Below, in pieces: positions 57,341-64,000 of a stretch of DNA of 64,000 nt (positions within the stretch are counted from its first letter, which is position 1; the number at the start of each line of letters is the position of its first letter). Source of the stretch: a virus. The notes under the pieces were generated by a model. The model did no database searches, was not told the origin of the DNA, and saw only the letters and a program-made list of their open reading frames with translations. Position numbers and translations under genes: made by a program. The DNA lies in the IMG/VR virus record IMGVR_UViG_3300048694_001042, positions 24,494-88,493 of that record. One strand, written 5' to 3'.

Positions 57341-58060
57341 ATGAACATTGTAGATTTGACATTTGACGTTGACAACGATTTAGATGTTTTTGAAAAGTTG
57401 CTGGAGACACCGCCAAGCCCACCGCTGAGCTTTGCAGATGATCCAATTGCCATGGCCTGGAGTGCTTATCGCTCCAGAACTGGGCGCTACATGGGTGATA
57501 TTCAACAAGCTGTGGTCACTGATGAAGATCGAGCGCAAGCACAACAAATTCGCAATCACTATCATCGTCGCATTACTTTTCAACTGCTGACCAATGCTGG
57601 GCGCCCACTTAGTCCGTTTCAACGCAAACTCATGGGCATTGTTGCTGGCACACACGAAATAACCAAAGACGACTTGGGTATTTTGCATCGCATACCTTTC
57701 TTTTACGTGGAAGATTGCGACGTGGATCGTATGATTGAAAACTCACCCAAGCATGAATTTGACTTTCAAACGTTTGTTGATCGAACTGATCAGTTTGAAT
57801 TGATGCACAAGATTTCAGTTGAACGAAAGTCTCGCAGTGCTACACATTTTTGGTTGCGAGCCTCGTCCTCACCGTCGCTGTGTAAAATCGCTGTGTTAAA
57901 AGACAACCCGCTGTCAGACCTGTTAGAAAGTGTGTTGAGTCAGCCTGCAGTTAAACTCACTGCCAACTGGCACCCAAGGGAAAGAACATCCAACTATCAA
58001 AAATATTTTCACTATCAATTGGCCGCAGTGAAATTGTCAACAGGAGCGCACTTTGGGTGA
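57341..58060 (+). CDS. hypothetical protein
   Basis: 239 aa ORF. Confidence 0.65.
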   Translation: MNIVDLTFDVDNDLDVFEKLLETPPSPPLSFADDPIAMAWSAYRSRTGRYMGDIQQAVVTDEDRAQAQQIRNHYHRRITFQLLTNAGRPLSPFQRKLMGIVAGTHEITKDDLGILHRIPFFYVEDCDVDRMIENSPKHEFDFQTFVDRTDQFELMHKISVERKSRSATHFWLRASSSPSLCKIAVLKDNPLSDLLESVLSQPAVKLTANWHPRERTSNYQKYFHYQLAAVKLSTGAHFG

Positions 58061-58304
58061 ATCAGTATTTGGCAACATGGCATATGACTTGGTCACTGAC
58101 CATGCAGGACAAATTGTTGAGTCAATAGAGGAAAATCAGTACAATCAGTGGCAACGTGAATTTGTGTGGGATGCTTTGCAAAATCAAAGGTTCGGTCAAA
58201 GTTTTTGCAAAGCATTTGACATAAAGGACGCTATCCTGTATTATGAACGTGACTGGGTGCGAGCCGATGCTTACATTAGAAGAAACTATATTGCACGACC
58301 GTGA
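58053..58304 (+). CDS. hypothetical protein
   Basis: AGGAG SD, TTG start; RFGQSFC. Confidence 0.6.
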   Translation: MGESVFGNMAYDLVTDHAGQIVESIEENQYNQWQREFVWDALQNQRFGQSFCKAFDIKDAILYYERDWVRADAYIRRNYIARP

Positions 58305-58521
58305 ATCGTGGTCCACAATTGTGTTGCTCGGCTGTTTGCCAATGGATGCTGTGGTAAAAAAACATGATTTGATATCAGACGGCTTGGTACTAGATGAAGA
58401 TTTTTGTTGGGGCTATCGTTCATCAGAGTATGACGGTTTTACGATGAATCGTGATCGTCATGCTGTGTTTGCGTTTAGAGATCCTGTGGTGGCTGGATTT
58501 TATAGATTAAAATGGTTATGA
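58267..58521 (+). CDS. LRW-family protein B1
   Basis: ends FYRLKWL; start uncertain. Confidence 0.6.
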   Translation: MLTLEETILHDRESWSTIVLLGCLPMDAVVKKHDLISDGLVLDEDFCWGYRSSEYDGFTMNRDRHAVFAFRDPVVAGFYRLKWL

Positions 58522-58874
58522 TCGAACGCTTTGTATTGAACGACTTGCCTGATGGCTGGTCAGTGTCGTGGCCTGGCTTTGAGTGGGTAGTATGCGACAA
58601 CGAGCTCAAGGCCACTAACTTGCTAAAGATCTTGTTTGATGAAGTCAACGTGGATGAAGCTATTGTGGCGGTAAAATACAGTGACAAAGATTTTATAGTA
58701 AACATTCCTTGGTACACTTATCATCAGAATCCCGACGCTTCGGGCAGATTTTTAGTACGCAACCATGTAGTAACAGGTGTGAAATTTGTTACACTAGAGC
58801 AAGCACAAAAGTTCAAAGGCATCATGGACAAGCGACTGGCTTGGCGCCAACTGAGTGGCAGGAACTGGCAGTGA
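58518..58874 (+). CDS. hypothetical protein
   Basis: ATGA overlap; no LRW tail. Confidence 0.65.
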   Translation: MIERFVLNDLPDGWSVSWPGFEWVVCDNELKATNLLKILFDEVNVDEAIVAVKYSDKDFIVNIPWYTYHQNPDASGRFLVRNHVVTGVKFVTLEQAQKFKGIMDKRLAWRQLSGRNWQ

Positions 58875-59083
58875 TTAAAATTACTCTCAAAACGCAACTA
58901 ACAGGTCATCAACAACAATGGCTGACGCAAAACGTTGGACCCAGAATGTTTTATTTGCACAATCAAATAGGCGGAACTGGTTGGGTGGCCAAGCAAGAAA
59001 CTGTGCTGGGGAGTTACCGACAGTGGACACTGACGTTCGAAGATGATCGACTGGCAACTGCGTTTTTGCTAAAATGGAAATAA
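58871..59083 (+). CDS. LRW-family protein B2
   Basis: GTGA overlap; ends AFLLKWK. Confidence 0.7.
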   Translation: MIKITLKTQLTGHQQQWLTQNVGPRMFYLHNQIGGTGWVAKQETVLGSYRQWTLTFEDDRLATAFLLKWK

Positions 59084-59292
59084 CACAGCGAATCTATGAT
59101 GGATGCGATTGCTATCCCTGGCGCAAAACCTTTGTGATTTGGCCTAGACGTAGCATAACTGGGCAACGTGTTTGGATGACCGTTGCCTACAAACGACGAT
59201 ATTGGGCGGTGTGGGGCACCGGATTCCATATGGAACCTGAGGTAGAGTATGCTACAATATTTGAAATACTAGCAGATAATCATGGACGTTGA
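59074..59292 (+). CDS. hypothetical protein
   Basis: WRKTFVIWPRRSITGQRVWM. Confidence 0.6.
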   Translation: MEITQRIYDGCDCYPWRKTFVIWPRRSITGQRVWMTVAYKRRYWAVWGTGFHMEPEVEYATIFEILADNHGR

Positions 59293-59488
59293 AGCAGAAA
59301 ATACATTCAGAATCCTAAAGAATGAGCCGCCGTTGACTACCAGTTGGTTGTGTAGATTTGGTTGGCATCGCTGGACACAATGGTCAGAAGTGTACTTGCC
59401 TAAGAATGGACAAAACAATATTCAGCACAGTCACTGTGATCACTGCAACCGAATGCGAGTACATAAAGTAACAGGACCCGGAATATGA
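59282..59488 (+). CDS. Cys/His small protein
   Basis: LCRFGWHRW..CDHC. Confidence 0.6.
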   Translation: MDVEAENTFRILKNEPPLTTSWLCRFGWHRWTQWSEVYLPKNGQNNIQHSHCDHCNRMRVHKVTGPGI

Positions 59489-59706
59489 TACTAAAAGCAG
59501 AGCAAATCGAAAAGTGGTTGTATTATGAAACTGGGTTTGAACAACTGCATCCGCGCCCGCCTATTCTTAAGTGGATGGCAGAGCAAGGTTACAAGTATAA
59601 TCAAGATTGGCGTTGCACTCGAATGGTTACGCCCACGGGGCTGATCTATGGCTTGATGTTTCCCAGTGAGGAAGTAAAAATTATGTTTATGTTGAGGTGG
59701 TCATGA
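59485..59706 (+). CDS. LRW-family protein B3
   Basis: ATGA overlap; ends MFMLRWS. Confidence 0.75.
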   Translation: MILKAEQIEKWLYYETGFEQLHPRPPILKWMAEQGYKYNQDWRCTRMVTPTGLIYGLMFPSEEVKIMFMLRWS

Positions 59707-60050
59707 AACCTTGTGTTTGGTATGATACAGATGAAAAGTTGCCGCCTACCAAAGGCTACTACCTTGCGTTCAAAGGCATGAGCATGGGAGACGACGAAAC
59801 TGAGACAGCCTATTACTACTGGGACCCAAAGTATGCAGAGTGGCGAGACTACGAAAGCCGAAGCATTGGCGGCTATGCTAACGTGGTGTACTGGACTGAC
59901 GCCGACCCTGCTACCTGGTACGAAAATTACAGTATGCCACCACGAAGCAAAACCAAACGCAAAGTATCAGAGGCAGAAATAGATGCTTGGCGTGCTGTAG
60001 AACAAGCAATTGAACGATATGAAGTTGTAAGGGCATTAGCAAAGAAATGA
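59703..60050 (+). CDS. hypothetical protein (DUF551-like pattern)
   Basis: W....EKLP....YL..VVYW. Confidence 0.6.
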   Translation: MKPCVWYDTDEKLPPTKGYYLAFKGMSMGDDETETAYYYWDPKYAEWRDYESRSIGGYANVVYWTDADPATWYENYSMPPRSKTKRKVSEAEIDAWRAVEQAIERYEVVRALAKK

Positions 60051-60523
60051 ACTACTCAATAATGACAGACTCAGAGCTGCTACACTATCTAGACTTGTAT
60101 TCCAACGATCCACTGATTCGCAGGCTGGTTGACTTGATGCAAAACACTCGTGGCGAGGTTATCCGAGACTTAGTTGACGCAGGTATGGATTCAAAGACTT
60201 GGACATTTAGCACCGACTATGAAACAATGTATCCAGGTGAGTACATTGAATCACTGCGTAGTGAGCTTCGATGCAACGAACAAGACATGGATGACATGCG
60301 ATATGAATTGGAAAAAGCCTCCGATGAACGGGACGAATTAAAAACTCGCAACATCATGCAGTTCATCGAAGAAGTTCAGCAAGAAAAGCGAGCTGCTGCT
60401 GCCAAAGCCCAAGCGGCATACGCAGACGTTGCTAGCATTCGTGAGGAATCAAGCAAAGTAAAAAAAGAAAACGAAAAACTGCGAGAGCAAATCAACATGT
60501 GGGGGCGAATGAACACAGTATGA
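60047..60523 (+). CDS. coiled-coil protein
   Basis: ATGA overlap; heptads. Confidence 0.65.
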   Translation: MNYSIMTDSELLHYLDLYSNDPLIRRLVDLMQNTRGEVIRDLVDAGMDSKTWTFSTDYETMYPGEYIESLRSELRCNEQDMDDMRYELEKASDERDELKTRNIMQFIEEVQQEKRAAAAKAQAAYADVASIREESSKVKKENEKLREQINMWGRMNTV

Positions 60524-60738
60524 TTACCTACGTACAACCATGGGAAGAACTGCCCAGTTTGAGAGTACCACGCCTGCACCGAGTAAACTACAATCCCAAA
60601 TACAACTGGGGCGAAGTGCAATACTGGTGCAAGGAAAATTGTCGTGCTCCTTCCTACATGGGCGGTAGTTGGTCTGGAAACTTTGCGGAGTTTGAAGATG
60701 ATCAAGACGCTGTGCTGTTTGCATTGAAATGGGCATGA
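60520..60738 (+). CDS. LRW-family protein B4 (paralog of A29)
   Basis: VPRLHRV..WCKENCR..EFEDDQDAVLFALKWA. Confidence 0.75.
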   Translation: MITYVQPWEELPSLRVPRLHRVNYNPKYNWGEVQYWCKENCRAPSYMGGSWSGNFAEFEDDQDAVLFALKWA

Positions 60739-60959
60739 TCACCGCCAGTGTTAGATTAAAAGAGCCAGAAAATCAGTATAAGTTTATTGATGAGGGCCCT
60801 ATTAACGTCTGGTTGCTGGCCAATGTTGGTGTTCATGCAAGATTCAAAGATCTAGTGGATGAGGATCGTCCTTGGCATGTTGAACATAATTTTCGAGAAC
60901 TTGTGTATCATTTTGCTCGCGAGCAGGATGCCACTGCATTTGCATTGAGATGGTCATGA
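60735..60959 (+). CDS. LRW-family protein B5
   Basis: ATGA overlap; ends AFALRWS. Confidence 0.75.
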   Translation: MITASVRLKEPENQYKFIDEGPINVWLLANVGVHARFKDLVDEDRPWHVEHNFRELVYHFAREQDATAFALRWS

Positions 60960-61183
60960 ATAATAGAACATTACCCGGAACTTCGGAATCACTACACAAT
61001 GCTGGAGTTTGGTTGCGAGAGTATCTTAATGTACCTCCCCGGCATACAATTTTTGACCAGTTTGAAGAATACTTCAACTGTCAACTGGTTGTGGAGCACA
61101 GAGAAGATCCGTGGTACTGTCCGGACCGGGCTGTGTTCAACACCGAACAAGATTTAACAGCATTTTTATTGAGGTGGGCATGA
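60956..61183 (+). CDS. LRW-family protein B6
   Basis: ATGA overlap; ends AFLLRWA. Confidence 0.75.
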   Translation: MNNRTLPGTSESLHNAGVWLREYLNVPPRHTIFDQFEEYFNCQLVVEHREDPWYCPDRAVFNTEQDLTAFLLRWA

Positions 61184-61401
61184 TGTTTGATCACCCTGCA
61201 GTCATAAAACTGCAAACAACCAACATCTGGGACATTGAATCTCGGGTAAGCGAAATACATGAAATACGACGTTGGTTGGATGAACTAACACTGTGGCAAG
61301 ATGATATGTATCGTATGGAAACAATCACACCAAAGAACTCATTAAGGGTTTGGTTCAAGGATCCCCAGCATGCAGTGTTTTGCAAGCTGAGGTGGCCTTG
61401 A
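61180..61401 (+). CDS. LRW-family protein B7
   Basis: ATGA overlap; ends FCKLRWP. Confidence 0.75.
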   Translation: MMFDHPAVIKLQTTNIWDIESRVSEIHEIRRWLDELTLWQDDMYRMETITPKNSLRVWFKDPQHAVFCKLRWP

Positions 61402-61790
61402 TGTTTGGATTTAATCCAGCACCCGGCACGCCAGGTGGAAGACCTTGGTCAAAGGAACGTATGGCAAAGTGGGAAATAGATTTTAGATTTGGTCCGATTA
61501 GGGGATTGTGGTGGCGGTTCATGCCCGGTGTGCAAATTGAAGTGCCCTGGCCCACGGGCTGGACCGAACCCGAACCCGCGCCCGGTGGCGGATTTATACA
61601 GTTTGAGTCTGCGGACCCAAACGATCACTATCGTCCATGGCTTGAAAAGAACGTGGGCCGCCAAGGTTGGGATTGGGAATGGCGAATTGGGAAGGTGGCT
61701 GCTCAAACCAACGTACAAGATACTTTGGTAATCAAGTTTCGTCGAGGTCGAGAAAAGTATGCTACAATAGCAGCATTGAGGTGGGCGTGA
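61401..61790 (+). CDS. LRW-family protein B8
   Basis: TGATG overlap; ends IAALRWA. Confidence 0.75.
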   Translation: MFGFNPAPGTPGGRPWSKERMAKWEIDFRFGPIRGLWWRFMPGVQIEVPWPTGWTEPEPAPGGGFIQFESADPNDHYRPWLEKNVGRQGWDWEWRIGKVAAQTNVQDTLVIKFRRGREKYATIAALRWA

Positions 61791-62024
61791 GTGAAATACT
61801 TTTGGACCGATGGTGGCAATAATAGGCCTTATTTTAGATACAGAATCAAAGTGCCTAGATGTACCGCAGAAATGTATCGCTGGTGTGAACAGTATGACGA
61901 TGAAGGTGAGTACTTCAGACGATTTCATGTTGAGTGGAAATCAATACACATTGATAAAGAATATGAAATTGTGCAATTTGAATGGGAGCAGGCTGCTATC
62001 ATGTTTGCCTTGAGGTGGTTATGA
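61791..62024 (+). CDS. LRW-family protein B9
   Basis: GTG abutting upstream stop; ends MFALRWL. Confidence 0.75.
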   Translation: MKYFWTDGGNNRPYFRYRIKVPRCTAEMYRWCEQYDDEGEYFRRFHVEWKSIHIDKEYEIVQFEWEQAAIMFALRWL

Positions 62025-62251
62025 ATTCAAAACAACGCAGAAAAGATCGAAGAAAATGGCGGTACAGTGTTAGACTGACCACATCGGATGTAATGATCAA
62101 AGAATATAACCAAATATGGGATTGGTGCCGAAACACATATGGCAACGGACGCAGGTGTGCTGGATGGAGAGAAAAATTTGGACACTTTGGAACTTGCTGG
62201 CAGTTTACCAGCGACAAGAAAGCTGCTCTGTTTGCGCTGAGGTGGTGCTGA
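62021..62251 (+). CDS. LRW-family protein B10 (paralog of A10)
   Basis: MNSKQRRKDRR start; ends LFALRWC. Confidence 0.75.
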   Translation: MNSKQRRKDRRKWRYSVRLTTSDVMIKEYNQIWDWCRNTYGNGRRCAGWREKFGHFGTCWQFTSDKKAALFALRWC

Positions 62252-62496
62252 TGCCTGATCGGTTTCGTGTTAAACTTCCTGGCCTGTCTTGGCAACAACC
62301 GTGGCCCAAGTATTTTGATAACTTTTGGAAACACTGCGACGATGTTGCCAGAAAGAATCAGTGGTTCACCATCACCGTTGCCAATACTGAACTCAAGCCC
62401 ATGGGTGGCCGATTGATTCAAACCAAAACACAGGGCTGGTACCTACGTTGGGATAGTGAAGCCAGTCATACAGCATTTGTGTTAAAGTGGGCTTGA
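62251..62496 (+). CDS. LRW-family protein B11
   Basis: TGATG overlap; ends AFVLKWA. Confidence 0.75.
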   Translation: MPDRFRVKLPGLSWQQPWPKYFDNFWKHCDDVARKNQWFTITVANTELKPMGGRLIQTKTQGWYLRWDSEASHTAFVLKWA

Positions 62497-62738
62497 TGTC
62501 TAGGTCATTGAGTAAACCTTATGTTGCTACCAATCCGCGTTCAGTGCGCGGGGCAAAGAAACGTGGCTGGCACGTAGTCAAACCAAACCCCAACTATGTG
62601 GAGAGAGCAAGTTGGGTGGGACTGAACATTTGGTGTGAGCGTATGGCAGGGGGATATTGGGTAGCCAGTTTCCACCACCGTGAGTTTGCATTTGAATCCG
62701 GTGCTGATGCCATGATGTTCAAATTAAAGTGGGGATAA
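62496..62738 (+). CDS. LRW-family protein B12
   Basis: TGATG overlap; ends MFKLKWG. Confidence 0.75.
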   Translation: MSRSLSKPYVATNPRSVRGAKKRGWHVVKPNPNYVERASWVGLNIWCERMAGGYWVASFHHREFAFESGADAMMFKLKWG

Positions 62739-62748
62739 AAATCACTCA

Positions 62749-63039
62749 ATGATCCTGACCAGAAGTGAATTCAAACAATACTGGGACAACCTCGATCCAA
62801 GACTAACAGTGGATGATGGGCCGCTGTGGATACCCGACGAAGATACGCCCTCCAAATGGTTTGTGTGCGTCAAGCCCGTTGGCGTTCACAAGTTCAAGTG
62901 GAACTATTATGACTGGTGCAACCAAGCACTGAAAGGTCGAGTTCGTTGCTACAGTAGCAGCATCGACAATGAACAAGAGTGGTGGGGGTTTACTGAACAA
63001 CAGGACATAGCCTTTTGGCTATTGAAGTGGGCACAATGA
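62749..63039 (+). CDS. LRW-family protein B13
   Basis: ends FWLLKWAQ. Confidence 0.75.
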   Translation: MILTRSEFKQYWDNLDPRLTVDDGPLWIPDEDTPSKWFVCVKPVGVHKFKWNYYDWCNQALKGRVRCYSSSIDNEQEWWGFTEQQDIAFWLLKWAQ

Positions 63040-63278
63040 CTGACATAATGGAAGACTTTCGGCGCGGTAGATTCATAGTTGCGCCCAGCTACATCAGCCG
63101 TGGACTGTCCAATCCTCGTTATGGGCACATGATTGTGCTCACCGACATAGGTTTTTGGGCAGACAACATAGATGCGCTGGTACAGTGGTGCCAGGATCAC
63201 GGCTGTGAAACTCGAGGCATGACAGTGGACATACCTGATGATCACACCCTAACTCTTTTTTGCCTGCGGTGGAAATAG
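63036..63278 (+). CDS. LRW-family protein B14
   Basis: ATGA overlap; ends LFCLRWK. Confidence 0.75.
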   Translation: MTDIMEDFRRGRFIVAPSYISRGLSNPRYGHMIVLTDIGFWADNIDALVQWCQDHGCETRGMTVDIPDDHTLTLFCLRWK

Positions 63279-63293
63279 TCATACATAGTACTA

Positions 63294-63530
63294 ATGCAAA
63301 TCGCCAGCTCAGCAAAACAATTACGCGAAGAGAGCAGTTTCGCTTACTCCAAAGAGATAGCCAAACCTTTTGGCCAATTGGACGGCATTTTGGATTGGTG
63401 CCGTTCAGAACTCAATGGGGAATGGCGTTGGAAATTGATAACTGTAAGTTCGGACATAAGCCCGGGCCGATATCTTTTTTTCTTTGATTCTGAACGCGAT
63501 GCTTGTGCATTTACCATGCAGTGGGCTTGA
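63294..63530 (+). CDS. LRW-family protein B15
   Basis: WC..W..YLFFFDSERDACAFTMQWA. Confidence 0.7.
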   Translation: MQIASSAKQLREESSFAYSKEIAKPFGQLDGILDWCRSELNGEWRWKLITVSSDISPGRYLFFFDSERDACAFTMQWA

Positions 63531-63574
63531 AAACTAATATTTGAGCAGCGGCTGACCAAAAGTAATGCAAGCAA

Positions 63575-64000
63575 TCAAGCAAGTGTTGCGGTGGTGCTGC
63601 TGTAGTATAGATAATATCTATACGAACCCACAGTGGCTGTTGCACTGGCATTGTTAAAGCTGTTTGATGAAGAAGCAAGAACCCCCAAGATCACAACGCC
63701 AGCACCACCATTGCCTACTATCAAGCCACCGTAGCCACCACCACCACCACCCCCTGTATTGGCAGTACCGGACGCTCCTGTAGAACTACCCCAGCCGTTG
63801 CCGCCACCGTTGACTCCTGTGCCGCCAACCCAACTCGAGCCACCAGCGCCACCGCCACCGCCGCCGGCGTAGGTAGTGCCATTTCCACCTGCAGCCGAGG
63901 GCCATTGTAAACCTGCGCCACCCGAGCCGCCATTCGAGCCGCCAGGGCCTGTGGGAGCACCACCACCAGCACCTGCACCCGCACCTCCGCCCCCAGCAAC
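63575..64000 (-). CDS. glycine-rich domain protein, C-terminal part (runs off the window edge)
   Basis: open frame TYAGGGGGG..ANTGGGGGG..GNGGAGVVIL ending TGA at 63575-63577. Confidence 0.75.
   Translation of the reverse strand, partial: VAGGGGAGAGAGGGAPTGPGGSNGGSGGAGLQWPSAAGGNGTTYAGGGGGGAGGSSWVGGTGVNGGGNGWGSSTGASGTANTGGGGGGGYGGLIVGNGGAGVVILGVLASSSNSFNNASATATVGSYRYYLYYSSTTATLA

Larger units (their letters stand above)
58243..63530 (+). repeat. cassette array 2: 15 LRW-family ORFs, the first part interleaved with 5 unrelated ORFs
   Basis: same C-terminal motif and junction sequence as array 1. Confidence 0.85.

Noticed and set aside
44755-63530. Classical integron cassette array
   Set aside because: There is no intergenic space for attC hairpins, no RYYYAAC/GTTRRRY cores at the junctions and no tyrosine integrase in the window.
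63721-63999. 92 aa minus-strand ORF in the track
   Set aside because: Wrong frame; the glycine-rich frame ending at 63575 is the plausible gene.
1-64000. tRNA or rRNA genes
   Set aside because: No convincing cloverleaf or rRNA-like sequence was seen by eye; tRNAscan-SE would be needed to exclude them fully.

Overview
This window is a segment of a large lytic dsDNA phage genome (distantly T4-related, jumbo-phage-like), read in standard genetic code 11. The DnaK, desaturase and PhaR-box signatures point to a proteobacterial, probably betaproteobacterial, host (inference). The left two thirds (1-41 kb) hold virion genes (Mtd-like tail fibre, PAAR), nucleotide and DNA metabolism (NrdA/NrdB/glutaredoxin, dCMP deaminase, exonuclease, DNA ligase, UvsE), a proteostasis module (ClpX, ClpS, two ClpP, DnaK, Hsp20), translation factors (bS21 and an unannotated ArfA-like ORF) and auxiliary metabolic genes (isocitrate lyase, desaturase, UDP-sugar dehydrogenase, phasin-like). 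The standout is two head-to-tail arrays (about 44.8-52.2 kb with 32 ORFs, and 58.2-63.5 kb with 15 family ORFs) of small, highly divergent proteins ending in F-x-L-(R/K)-W-x-stop. The DNA of that tail (consensus TTGAGGTGGTCATGA) also encodes the Shine-Dalgarno site and overlapping start of the next gene and forms short direct repeats, so each gene looks like a plug-in cassette. One cassette carries a T4 Gol-like major-capsid peptide. Also seen: ROSE-like RNA thermometers before dnaK, hsp20 and phasin; two PhaR-like boxes; a candidate structured ncRNA of about 160 nt; and repeated early-promoter modules with palindromes. Family calls come from motif recognition only. No database searches were run and all counts are by hand.
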